A DNA stretch of 64,000 nt from NCBI RefSeq assembly GCF_009914755.1, contig NC_060941.1, one strand, 5' to 3'. The notes beneath the pieces are model-generated. The model was given only the letters and a program-made list of their open reading frames with translations. It made no database searches and was not told where the DNA came from. Positions 42,961 to 62,792 of this stretch are shown here, one piece after another. The position numbers and the translations under genes were made by a program. This DNA is from the human T2T-CHM13v2.0 reference genome, Homo sapiens. Each line of letters opens with the position of its first letter. The stretch's first letter is position 1.

Positions 42961-44470
42961 CATATTCATTCTTTTTTTCTGTGTTATGTTTTAAGTATAT
43001 TTTTTCATACATCCTTAATAAATTCTAAATACAGATATTAGCATCTCACCTGATTTCAGACCTGTACTTTGCAACCATGGGCAGGTAAAAAGTGTGACAT
43101 GTTTTTGTTTCTATTTGCACTACAAGAGAAAGTTGTATTTAAATTTTATATTTTATTTCTGGAACTGAACCAGCCTTGAAGATTGCTTTGTACTTGAGCA
43201 GAGAAGTGAAAAATAAAACGAAAAACCAAAAAAAAGAAAAGAAAAAAGGAAACAAATAGCCCAGAATAAAGCAACCCTACCCTAGTTGTTCTGTCTCCTC
43301 CACTAGAGGAGATGATTGGGTTTCACGGAGCTAACCATTCTAAGAGCAGATTTCATTTGCTGCCTCTTGATGAGAATTTGACTGGAAGATCCCTGGAAAA
43401 ATGAGCGGAAACTGGGCTAACACCTTAGTGGTAAAACAACAGAGGAAAAAATAAATTTATCCTAGTTATGAGTTCGTATGACTTGTATCATATTGACACT
43501 GATAAGCAGTGATTTCAAGCAAAAAGTGTTGGCCTAATGTTACTTCAAGGGCTAATATAGACCTAGAACATTCTTGCTGGTGTTCAGCATCATAGACTGA
43601 GATGTAGAACTGTTCCACTTTTCTACAACTTGTGGCCTTCCTGCTATCTGCATTTTCTATTGTCAAATTTCTCTTCTACCTAATACCTTCACCTACAGTG
43701 CCCCGTGGTCACCCTTGGCTTTGATTCCTGGTGTCTTTTTGCGATTGCTTCCTTGTGGTATGCAGTTTTCATGTGAACTGATCACTGGGAATAAGCCCCT
43801 TGTTTGGTATAGGCATAAGTTGTTTGATACTTGTGTATTACCCTTATGGGCAGCTCAGCCTGGCCCCATGGGCACCAGATGAAGAAGGGCATGAACTGAC
43901 AATGCCGGGAGAACTACATTAGATCCTAACTCCTGACACAGTTGACCTTGTGCAGTTCTTCTCTCCCAGTGTGGACGAAGGCAGGAAGGAGACCCCCTAC
44001 TTAGCCCCCGCATGGGGATCAGGTAGCAGAGAAGCAAATTTGTGCCCCCAAAGTGTGGAGATCCAACAGATCTTAAGTGGGGTAGTTAATGAGAGGACAC
44101 CAATCTTAGGACCAAGATTTGGAATCAAATGGGGGTCAGAACATGAAGGAAGATTAAAAACAGGTAGAAGCAGGGTAGAATTAGTGAGCAGGATTGTTGC
44201 TTGGGCTAATTCTGGAGGTGGGGATCTTAGGTTAAATTTCAGTTTTAGAAAGTCAGACATGTTGGGAAGATCGGGCTGGGTTCATTTAAAGGGACCAGCA
44301 TGCAATAGACAAGCTATGTGGAGCTACACTGATGTTTTGGCAGTTGTCTAGCGAATTTGAGCAGAGAAGCTCTACATCCAAGGAACAATGTAAAATCAAA
44401 CTCAGTGGTGAGCTTTACGAGCAAGGTGACTATTTTAAGTGTCTCGCTGATTTTAAGATTTCTCACTTAA

Positions 44471-44773
44471 GGCCAGGAATGGTGGCTCATGCCTGTAATC
44501 CCAGAACTTTGGGAGGCAGTGGTGGGAGGATCACTTCAGGCCAGGAGTTCTAGACCAGCCTGGGCAACATAGGGAGACCTTATCTCTACTAAAACTAAAA
44601 AAAATTAGATGGGTGTGGCGGTGCATGCCTATAGTCCCAGCTAATCAGGAGGCTGAGGGTGGGAGGATCACTTGAGCCAAGAAGTTCAAGGTTGTAGTGA
44701 GCTATGATTGTGTCACTGCACTCCAGCCTGGGTGACAGAGCAAGACTCTGTCTCAAAAAAAAAAAAAAAAAAA
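44471..44773 (+). mobile_element. AluJ (Jr/Jo)
   Basis: gggcaacatagggagacc and gtgagctatgatt; TSD ttctcactta. Confidence 0.93.
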
Positions 44774-45170
44774 ATTCTCACTTAGAATCTTGGAATGTTG
44801 GAAAATTGAGAAAGCAAATGCTAGGGAGGAACGTCGTCTAGGTTTTCTCCATACATAGTTGGGAAAGAGACATTTGGAGATATTGGGGCAACAACTTATG
44901 AATAAAAATCTACAGGATTTTCCTGGTCGGAGCTGGGAATTTTGATTGTTCTATATACTTTCAGCAGCTCAGGTTACGAGCAGCTATAGTTATATTATTT
45001 TGGCACCAGCTTGTGCTATTTTCCTGAGCTTAGTTCTCACAATCCTATGAAATAGGTACTTTTGTTTTCCTCTATTTAAAAATGAGAACATAAGAGACAT
45101 GAAGTTAAGAAATTTGCTCAAGTGGCCAAGCTGAGGCTTAAATGTAGGGCTGTTAGTCCTGTGTTCTCCT

Positions 45171-45333
45171 GCAGTGCTTCTTAATCCATCTGAGATCAGG
45201 AATCCTTACAGTATAATATGTAAGCTGTGGATGCTGTTTCCAGAAAATTGTACTGTGAGCATTTTATCTACAGCTTCAGGGGGATCAAGACCATCTGGGA
45301 TTCTTTTGATGGACCTAAAGTTAAGAACTTCTG
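45171..45333. mobile_element. MER103C-like MITE
   Basis: cagtgcttcttaa...ttcaggggg...atggacctaaagttaagaacttctg with inverted ends. Confidence 0.55.
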
Positions 45334-45504
45334 AATATATATATATATATGTGTGTGTATATACATCTACAAATTTTTTAAAGAAAAAGATATGTGTATA
45401 TATATACATATATAAATAACTTTTTAGTTTTTACAAAAAAGTATTCTGAGTTTAAAATTGTTCATATAATGTTCATATAAACGTTTAGAATACAACACAT
45501 TTCT

Positions 45505-47814
<2,310 letters not shown>

Positions 47815-47899
47815 TAGAATACAACACATTTCTGAGTTGAGGTTTGCTGGTGTAAAGTTTTGAAGCAAATACTATCCATGCCTCACCTGCATTTTTTTT

Positions 47900-48328
47900 G
47901 GTACTTGTTGTTCTAGCATATTCTGATTAGCCCTACTGTAAGCTCTTAAAATCCTACACTTGAGGGTTTTCTAAATCTGCAGTTGGGGCGACCATAAGTG
48001 TTGGGGGTTTAATGATCCTGGGAATAGCAACTGGCCAATGAAATGTGGGAACTGGAGGGTAAATAACCCGGCTTCCTCACCCCTTGAGAGGGACAACTCT
48101 GTGGTGGGTTCTGCCTTGCCTCTCAATGTTTCCCAGGTGGATTGAGCTTCGGATTCCACAAGTGGAAACCTCGTTGATAACATACTCTTTATTGATGTTC
48201 TTCCCATCTCCATCTCACTTTTTCACTTCCCTAACCATGTTTCTTGGGACCACATTCCAAACAAATTACCTGTACTCAAATCCTTGTCTCAGAGTCTGTT
48301 TCTGGGGGAACGTGGCCTCAGGTAAGAC
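47900..48328 (+). mobile_element. ERVL LTR (LTR16C-like)
   Basis: gggtaaataacccggcttcctcacccc...caaatccttgtctcagagtctgtttctgggggaac. Confidence 0.7.
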
Positions 48329-48419
48329 TGCATATGGTGACAATTTTTAAATAACACCCTATGCAACACGATGTTAATTTAAGACACTCATAAAATGACA
48401 AAGTCTAGCTCTGAATGCT

Positions 48420-48663
48420 TTTGTCATTATGGTAAAGCCTGGTCTAACCTATTGGAGGATGAGAAATCATATGGAAAAGAATGTTGCCCTCCCAGTCAGT
48501 ACTTGCAATCAACTGCCAGATGTCAGACAGTGGCCATTGGAAACTATCTGGCCCAGCAAACTACCACTTGACCATAAAAACACAAATGAACTCAGCTGAC
48601 ACCACATGGGGTAAAAAGGAGCCATCCCAGCTGAGCCCTGCCCAAGTTACCAGCCCACAGAAT
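48420..48663 (+). mobile_element. MLT1 fragment
   Basis: gagccatcccagctgagccctgcccaag...cccacagaat. Confidence 0.6.
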
Positions 48664-48854
48664 GTCTTTGAATGAAGAGGAGCTGTACCCAAACAACCTT
48701 GACTGGAATAGAACATGCTACAGATCATGAAATCATGACTTTGAGCCTAATAGAGTGATTAAAAGAGAACTTGGAAATCTTGGGAGAAGGTGAGTGTATT
48801 TCATGTATTTCACATGAATCACTGGGGCCAGAGGGAGGACAGTGGTAGTTTGTT

Positions 48855-49607
<753 letters not shown>

Positions 49608-50579
49608 GCTAGAGGGTGAAAAGATAATGTCTACACATAGTTCTTAGTCTTGCTGAGTTTTTATCTTCATGGCCTCTTGACACCAAGCCAGAGAAATAAA
49701 GATGGCTCCAACATGAAGGCTGAAGACCCTGCCTTGGCCACTGCCAAGATTACTTTCTCAGGTCCGAACAGTCTCTTCTTGCTTCATATACCTATGACAC
49801 AGGAGCTGAGGGTCCTTTGAATTAGTTACAATGAAGGACCATTGGGCCTGTCCAATTTTCCCTGGGGTTGAACCAACCACTGAGCTAAAAGAGGTTATGT
49901 AAAGCAAACTGACACTGATAAAGGAAAACCCTGAGTAGGACTCAGGATTTTTCATGGATCTGTAAATCTTGGCATCTCCTTGTAAAACTCAGAGTATGTA
50001 AGTGAATCATGGCCCTGTTGTACTTTTTTCCTTTGCTTTTCATATTAAACGTCATGGAAAATACTTTATCTTAACTGAGAAGAAAATACAAATGAGAGAA
50101 ACAGAAGCAAGTGTTCATCAGAAACAGGCAAAAAATGTACCAGTCTCCAAGTAGCAGTGATAATTTAACTTGAAATAGTTTTTTTTTAGGGACACTTAAA
50201 GAAAGGTGGTTTTGACATATTTTTCTCCATCCTCTTCTTCTATGTCCATCATGAGATGTTTATATTGGAGCTTCAGGTAGAAGAGCACGTTTTGGGACAG
50301 CTGTCCTTACTTTCTGAACATTTATCCTCCTTTTGTGGAGAGGGATTAAAATACTTTGTACATGTGTAATTTCAGATTTCCTGTTCTTCTCACTTTGTTT
50401 TCTTCACTTGCCCCCTTTGAGGGTAGAAAATGCTAGAGAAAAATGTTGATTTCAGATGAAAATAATGCAATTATTGATTTTCTAAGCTGTCTCTGAAACT
50501 ATTCAACTACTGATCAATTTAAGCATATTGTATAGTTCCTCTAAAAATAGTTTTTCAGACTTCAAAAATACAAGTTCAT

Positions 50580-51003
50580 GGAGGTTGTTATGTTAAGTCA
50601 AATCAGCCAGGCACAGAAAGACAAATGTTCCATGTTCTCTCTTAGGAGCTAAAAAGTTGATCTCATGGAGGTAGAGAATAGAATGATATGTACCAGAGGC
50701 TGGGGAGGGTGTTCAATGGGAGTGGGGGAGGAAGACAGATTGGTTAATGGGTATAAATATACAGTTACATAAAAAGGATAAGTTCTAATGTTCAACAGCA
50801 GAGTAGAGCAATTATAGTTAACCACAATGTATTATACGTTTCAAAATAGTCAGAAGAGAGTACTTGAAATATTCCCAACACATAAAAATGACAAATACTC
50901 AAGGTGATGGATACCCTAAATGCCCTGATTCGATGATCACACATTCTATGCATGTAGCAAAATATGCGTACTCCCAAAATATGTACAAATATTACGTATC
51001 AAT
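50580..51003 (+). mobile_element. L1MA (MA5/6-like) 3' end with TSD
   Basis: ggtgatggataccctaaatgccctga; TSD aaaaatacaag(t/g)tcat at 50564-50579 and 51004-51019. Confidence 0.85.
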
Positions 51004-52945
51004 AAAAATACAAGGTCATTATATCCTATTACTACATTTAAATTAGAGGAAACTCTGCATTGCTAAAAGTTCTTCTACAAAGTGTGTGTATACTTGAATA
51101 CTCTTCTGTTTGGTACAGTCCTTCTAGCCTGTTGATCCCAGGCAGCCCTATGGTTAAAAGGGCAGGGACTATATCCAGGGACTATAATGTACACATAAGA
51201 TCACAGGAAATATAGTGCAGATAGAAAGTCACACTTTAGCCTTCCCATACTTGATAATGAACCAATATAATGGTTAACTAGGAAGTTTTTGCTTATTCAT
51301 ACACCCAAAATCTGTTTCTTTTTTCTGTAGTTATACTTGTGGCAGGCAAGACAAATTATGATTCTATTAGTATCTTTGTAGAATCTTTTCCACTCCAAAC
51401 CTCTGCTAGGTAAACTTCTGGGTTTTCTGTTTGACTTTTTACCGTCCTTTCATCTGCATTCTTCCCCCTATCCAGCTAAGATTACTTGAGAGAAAAAATA
51501 ACAATGGCAGGTGGTGAGAAGGAGGAAGGGAAAGGAAGAGTGCAAGGGGTGTTGAGGCAGGCAAGGCTGTTTGTTAGAACCTCCTTGGGAGTGTTTTTAA
51601 AATGCCAATGCAAGGACTCCTGGGCAAGATGGCTGAATAGGAACAGCTCCGGTCTGCAGCTCCCAGCAAGATCAATGCGGAAGGCAGTGATTTCTGCATT
51701 TCCAACTGCGGGTACCCAGTTCATCTCATTGGGACTGATTAGACAGTGAATGTAGCCCATGGAGGGCCAGCAGAAGCAGAGTGGGGCATTGCCTCACCCA
51801 CAAAGTGCTAGGGATCTGGGAACTCCCTCATTTAGCCAAAGGAAGCTGTGAGGGACTGTGCCATGAAGGACGGTGCTATCTGGCCCAGATACTATGCTTT
51901 TCCCATGGTCTTTGCAACCCGTAGACCAGTAGATTCCCTCAGGTGCCTACATCACCAGGGCCCTGGGTTTCAAGTGCAAAACGGAGTAGCCACTTGGGCA
52001 GACACCAAGCTAGATGCAGGAGTTTTTTCTTCATACCACAGTGGCACCTAGAACACCAGTGAGACAGAACTGTTCACTCCACTGGAAAGGGGGCTGAAGC
52101 TAGGGAGCCAAGTGGTCTAGCTCAGTGGATCCCACCTCAGTGGAGTCCAACAAGCTAAGATCCACTGGCTTGAAATTTTTGCTGCCAGCACAGCAGTCTG
52201 AACTCTACCTGGGATGCTCAAGCTTGGTGGCGGGAGGGGCTCCGCCATCACTGAAGCTTGAGTAGGCAGTTTTCCCTTCACAGAGTAAGCAAAGCCATGG
52301 GGAAGCTCAGACTGGGTGGAGCCCACCACAGCACCGCAAACCTGCTGTAGCCAGATTGCCTCTCTAGATTCCTCCTCTCTGGGCAGGACATCTCTGAAAG
52401 AAAGGCAGCAGCCCTAGTCAAGGGCTTATAGATAAAACTCCCATCTCCCTGGGAGAGAGCACCTGAGGGAAGGGGCTGCTGTGAGCACAGCCTCATCAGA
52501 CTTAAACTTTCCTGCCTGCTGGCTCAGAAGAGAGCAGTGAATCTCCCAGCACAGCACAGGAGCTCTGCTAAGGGACAGACTGCCTCCTCAAGTGGATCCC
52601 TGACCCCAGTGCCTCCTGATAAGGAGACACCTCCCAGCAGGAGTGGACAGACACCTCATATAGGAGAGTTCCAGCTGGCATCTGGCAGGTGCCCCTCTGG
52701 GACAAAGCTTCCAGAGGAAGGAGCAGGCAGCAATCTTTGCTGTTCTGCAGCCTCCGCTGGTGATACCTAGGCAAACAGGGTCTGGAGTGGACCTCTAGCA
52801 AACTCCAACAGACCTGCAGAAGAGGGGCCTGTTAGAAGGAAAACTAACAAACAGCAATAGCATCAACATCAAAAAGGACAATCGTGCAAAAATCCCATCC
52901 GAAGGTAACCAACATCAAAGACCAAAGGTAGATAAATCCATGAAA

Positions 52946-53970
52946 ATGAGAAAAAAACAGTGCAAAAATGCTGAGACTTCCAAAAACTGGAATGCCTCTT
53001 CTCCTGCAAAGGATCACAACTCCTTGCCAGCAAGGGAAAAAAACTGGACAGAGAATGAGTTTGACAAATTGACAGAAGTAGGCTTCAGAAGGTGGGTAAT
53101 AACAAACTCCTCTGAGCTAAAGGAGCAAGTTCTAACCCAAAGCAAGGAAGCTAAGAACCTTGATAAAAGGTTACAGGAACTGCTAACTAGAATAACCAGT
53201 TTAGAGAAGAACATAAATGACCTAACGGAGCTGAAAAACACAGCACGAGTACTTTGTGAAGCATATATAAGTATCAATAGCCAAATCAATCAAGTGGAAG
53301 AAAGGATATCAGAGATTGAAGATCAACATAAGGAAATAAAGCCGGAAGACAAGATTAGAGAAAAAAGAATGAAAAGGAATGAACAAACCTCCAAGAAATA
53401 TGGGACTGTGTGAAAAGACCAAATCTATGTTTGATTGGTGTACCTGGAAGTAAAGGAGAGAATGGAACCAAGTTGGAAGACACACTTCAGGATATCGTCC
53501 AGGAGAACTTCCCAAACCTTGCAAGACAGGCCAACATTCAAATTCAGGAAATACACAGAACACCACAAGGATACTCCTCAAGAAGAGCAACCCCAAGACA
53601 TGTAATTATCAGATTCACCAAGGTTGAAATGAGGGAAAAAATGTTAAAGGCAGCCAGAGAGAAAGGTCGGGTTACCCACAAAGGGAAGCCCATCAGACTA
53701 ACAGTAGATCTCTCAACAGAAACCCTACCAGCCAGAATAGAGTGGGGGCCAATATTCAACATTCTTAAAGAAAATAATTTTCAACCCAGAGTTTCACATC
53801 CAGCCAAACTAAGCTTCATAAGTGAAGGAGAAATAAAATCTTTTACAGACAAGCAAATGCTGAGGGATTTTGTCACCGCCAGGCCTGCCTTACAAGAGCT
53901 CCTGAAGAAAGCGCTAAATATGGAAAGGAAAAACTGGTACCAGCCCCTGGAAAAATATACCAAAATATAA
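52946..53970 (+). pseudogene. L1 ORF1p, frameshifted near 53390
   Basis: MRKKQCKNAE...ENEFDKLTEVGFRR and KRPNL...RRATPRHVIIRF...PAKLSF lie in two frames. Confidence 0.93.
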
Positions 53971-54033
53971 AGACCATCGACACTATGAAGAAACTGCATC
54001 AACTAATGGGCAAAATAACCAGCTAGCATCATA

Positions 54034-57798
<3,765 letters not shown>

Positions 57799-58007
57799 AC
57801 AATGAGAACATATGAGCACAGGGAGGGGAACATTACACACCAGGGCCTGTTGGTGGGATGGGAAGCAAGGGGAGGGAAAGCATTAGAAGAAATACATAAT
57901 TATTTATGTATGTAGATGATGCGTTGATGGGTGCAGCAAACCACCATGGCACATTATACCTATGTAAGAAACCTACACATTCTGCACATGTATCCTAAAA
58001 CTTAAAG

Positions 58008-58041
<34 letters not shown>

Positions 58042-58265
58042 GCCAATGCATGGGCCTCTGATTTAACTCATCTAGGGATTGGCATTTTAATAAAACTGCC
58101 TTGGTGATTCAACTGAGCATCCGGGGTATAGGGCCATTGAGGTTGAAATTTGATTGGTGAGGGCTTAGAAAGGAGGCAGTTCCAGTGTAGCTTTGGCTTC
58201 TGAGAAGACTGGAAACCAAGATGATTAGGAAGAGGATTTGAGGAAGTGTTAAGTAGTAGTGCTGT

Positions 58266-58336
58266 GGGCGCACTTGGTTTTTCAAGTCGCCTGCTTGGCC
58301 CTCTTCCAAGTTGTACTTTCCTTCTTTCCCTTCCTT

Positions 58337-58369
<33 letters not shown>

Positions 58370-58415
58370 GTTCTAAAGCTTTTTAATAAACTTTCACTCC
58401 TGCTCTGAAAAAAAA
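58266..58415 (+). mobile_element. Polyadenylated retrocopy of an ERV1 LTR R region (MER50-like)
   Basis: ctgcttggccctcttccaag...ctaaagctttttAATAAActttcactcctgctctg followed by A9; TSD agtagtgctgt. Confidence 0.7.
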
Positions 58416-59007
58416 AGTAGTGCTGTAGATTATAAATTGGATCTTTAATATTTTTTTCTGAGAGATGCATATAGAAATTAAAGTTGCCTTGGTTGCTAAT
58501 CTGTAGTCTTTGATGACAACATCATGATATTATGGCGAGACTTTTCCTCTTCTGGATTCACCAGTCCTCTTTATAGGATTTAAAATGAGGGGATCTACAG
58601 AGCTCTCCATGAATCTGTTAAGACCCCATGGTTCTTACCCTTCAACACCCTATATACAAACTCCCTGCCTCCCCTGACTAAACTGTCCAAGAGACCAGTT
58701 CCAAGAAGGACATAACCAGATCTGATTATCCACCTCCTCGTAAGCCAGTGTTTTCCAAATTATAGAGTAGTGGAATCAATTCCATGTCTTGTGACCTGCG
58801 TGTTGTCCTTCTAATGAAAACAAAATAAATAGATAAGGAAATAAACAGATTTTAAAAACAAGCTGTGTGACAGATAGTAAAGACAGGTATCATTTGTTAA
58901 AATCTTTGTTTCATCATATGTACATTAATGCAGCATTTCTTATATTTTTATGTTTCTTAGTATTTTTAAAATTTAAATTGACAAAAATTTTATATATTTA
59001 CATTATT

Positions 59008-59350
59008 TGCTACGGTTTGAATATTTGTGTCTCTCCAACATTCATATGTTGAAATCTAGTTCTCAATATATTGGTATTAAGAGGTGGTGCTTTTGGGAGG
59101 TAATTAGTTCATGATGGCAGAGCCCACGTGAATAGGATTAGTGCCCTTATAAAAGAGGTTTGAGGGAATTCTTTTGCCCATCTGCCATGTAATGACTCAG
59201 CAACAGGGCACCGTCTATGAAGCGGAGATCTTTCACCAGACATTGAATCTGCTGTTGCCCTGACCTTGAACTTCCCAGCCTCCAGAACTGTTGTTTATAA
59301 ATTACATGGTCTAAGATATTTTGTTATGGCAGCCCAGATAGACTAAGACA
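59008..59350 (+). mobile_element. MLT1A/A0 solo LTR
   Basis: tgctacggtttgaat...ggattagtgcccttataaaagagg...gactaagaca. Confidence 0.88.
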
Positions 59351-59421
59351 GTATACAACATGGTGTACAATGATTGTATGCACGTGGTGTACAACAGGGT
59401 GTGTGTGTGTATATAGACAAT

Positions 59422-59919
59422 ATAACAATATATTGTATACTTGAAAATTGCTAGGAGAGTAGATTCTAAATGTTCTCACCACAAAAGAAATGTTAAGTAT
59501 GTAAGGTAATGGATATATTAATTAGCTTGATATAGCTATTTCATAGCTAAATTATACATTGTAAATGTGTGTGTGTGTATGTGTGTGTGTGTGTGTGTGT
59601 AAGTTCAAGATCAGGGCACTGGCAGATTCAGTGTCTGGTGAAAGCTCTCTGCTTCATAGATACTGCCGTGTTGCTGAGTCTTCACTTGGCAGACAGACAA
59701 AGGAACTCCCTCAAACCTCAAACCTATATATATGTGTGTGTGTGGGTGGGTGGGTGGGTGGGGGTATACATATCATGTCTAATGTATAACTTAGCTATGA
59801 AATAGCTAAATTAAGCTAATTAATATATCTATTACCTTACATACTTAACATTTCCTTTGTGGTGAGAACATTTAGAATCTACTCCCCAAGCAATTTTCAA
59901 GTATACAATATATTGTTAT
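59422..59919. repeat. Inverted repeat: 139-bp arms, 220-bp spacer
   Basis: 59422-59560 vs reverse complement of 59781-59919: 7 mismatches, no gaps (manual alignment). Confidence 0.95.
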
Positions 59920-60334
59920 TAACTATAGTCAGTAGGTTGTACAATAGATCTCTTGAACTTATTCCTTCTGTGTAACTGAAATTTGGTATATTTTGATCAA
60001 CATTTCCCACAAACCCCTCACTCTCAGTCTCTGGTAACCACCATTCTACTTTCTGATTTCGAGTTGGACTTTTTCAGATTCCACATATAAGTGAGATCAT
60101 GTAGTAATTGTCTTTCTGTGCTTGGCTTATTTTACTTAGCATAATGGCCTCCAAGTTTATCCATGTTTTTGAAAATAAGAGGATTTCCTTATTTTTTTTT
60201 TTAAGGCTGAACAGTATTCCATTGTGTATATATGCCACATTTAAAAAAAATCCATTGATGGGCACTCAGGTTGATTTCATGGTGGGTTAGTGAATAACAC
60301 TACATTGAACATGGGAGTTCAGTTATTTCTTTGA

Positions 60335-60707
<373 letters not shown>

Positions 60708-61338
60708 TATTTTAATTTTTTTGAGGAATCTCCACGTTGTTTTACATGATGTCTGTACTTAGTGTTGCTATGAGGTATTTCTTTTGCTGAATTTCAGTCA
60801 GAAGTGATTGAAAGCCACTGCCCTAAGTGACCACAAGGACCAGTTGCATCATACCCTTATGTGTGTTACCCCACTTACCAAGACTTTCAAGCTTCTCATT
60901 TGACCCATTTTCACCTGGACTGTCATCTACTTAAGGGTCTGTACATCCCCCAGTTTGACCCAATATATCACCCCTTTAACTTCTCAGACCTTTCCACTCT
61001 GCCCTTTGGAACTCATTGGTCTGTTAATAGCAAAATTCCCAGCATTCTCAAACTCTCTTTGTAACATTACTTCTTTTTCTTGCTCTATATGAAAACTGAC
61101 TCTCCCCTGAAGCCACTGATTCCCCTATATCCTCTCATGTGGCTTTTCCTTCCCCCACTTCCTGCCAACTACTGGTCCTGAAGGTACTGTCTGTTCCTCA
61201 TGCTGACTTCCAGACCATTGTTTCTTCTGCATCCTTAAAGAACCCAGCTCCTTCAGACCATACCATCCACTGCCCGTCATTGTTGCAGTCTTCTTCAGTT
61301 CTGATGGTTAAACTTATCCATTGAAAATTAGACCAACT

Positions 61339-61677
<339 letters not shown>

Positions 61678-61825
61678 CTAGTCCTACCGTCATTCTTGGT
61701 ATTTTCAAAATCCACATGGATCACCCATCCAATGTCCTGGCTTCTCAGTTCCTTGGCTACCTCAATTCCAATGATTGTGTCCTTCACCACACTCAGTCAG
61801 ACATTGTCATGGTCATACACTAGAC

Positions 61826-62030
61826 CTGAGCTGCTCAATACAACAGTAACTACCCACATACAGCTTTCTAAATTTGAAATTAATAAAATACAATAAAGAT
61901 TAGTCCTTCAGTAGCACCAGCCACATTACGAGTGACCAATTGCCATGTGTGGTTAGTGGCTACCATATTGAACAGCATAGATATAGAATATTTCCATCAC
62001 TGTAGAAAGCTCCATAGAACAGTGCTGCAC
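61826..62030. mobile_element. MER3/MER33-type MITE
   Basis: ccatgtgtggttagtggctaccatattgaacagcatagatatagaatatttccatcactgtagaaag. Confidence 0.8.
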
Positions 62031-62429
62031 TGAGACCTTGTCATTACAGTTTCAAGTATTGTACTTAGACTACCATCTCACATCATTGCAGTTAACTCCC
62101 TCACATACCTCACCCTAATAACTCTTTGACTCCACTCAGACCTTCAATCCACTAATCTCAACACTTTCCATTGTCCATTATCTTTCTCATGCCCCCACTT
62201 TCCCTGTTACCCAACTTAAATTTCGAGGCCCATATTTGTAGCCCTTTGCATAAAGCTTTTGTTATGGAGCAACTCTCTTGCTCCTATTTCCCCCTGTCTT
62301 ACTCAGTAAGACAAACACTATCCCAGGTTAACTCTCTCCTCCTACACTGTATCTGCACTCAAGAAGCTGAATGTAGCTGAAGAAAAATTGTAACTGTAAT
62401 GACTGACCTGAAATTCATGACCACAAAAC

Positions 62430-62750
62430 AAAAATACCAAACACCTAGAAATAAATCTAAAAGACTTTGACAAAACTTGTACCTAGAAGATGAAAAAAAT
62501 TAAGAAAAAAATGTAAAAACAAATAGATTTAATATGTTCATGCAAGGAAAAACTCAAGATTGTGAAAAGTCAACACTCCCCAAATTGATTATATAAGCAA
62601 TGCAGTCTCAATACAAGTTAAAACTTTGTTCTTTTCAAATTGACAAGCTGGTTCCAGTGTTCATTTGGAACTGCAAAAGGCCAGGAATAGCCAAGGTGCT
62701 TTTGAATAAGAAGAAGGTGGAGGCTTTGTTCAAGACTTAATTTAAAGGAT
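62430..62750 (+). mobile_element. L1ME ORF2 fragment
   Basis: ctccccaaattgattatataag...ttgacaagctg...gcaaaaggccaggaatagccaag. Confidence 0.6.
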
Positions 62751-62792
62751 TTAAAAACTCATTCTAGAGCTAAATAATTTACAGTGTTATTA

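Noticed and set aside
43950-44351. 133-aa ORF with an overlapping antisense ORF
   Set aside because: GTG start, no recognisable homology, and a length compatible with chance.
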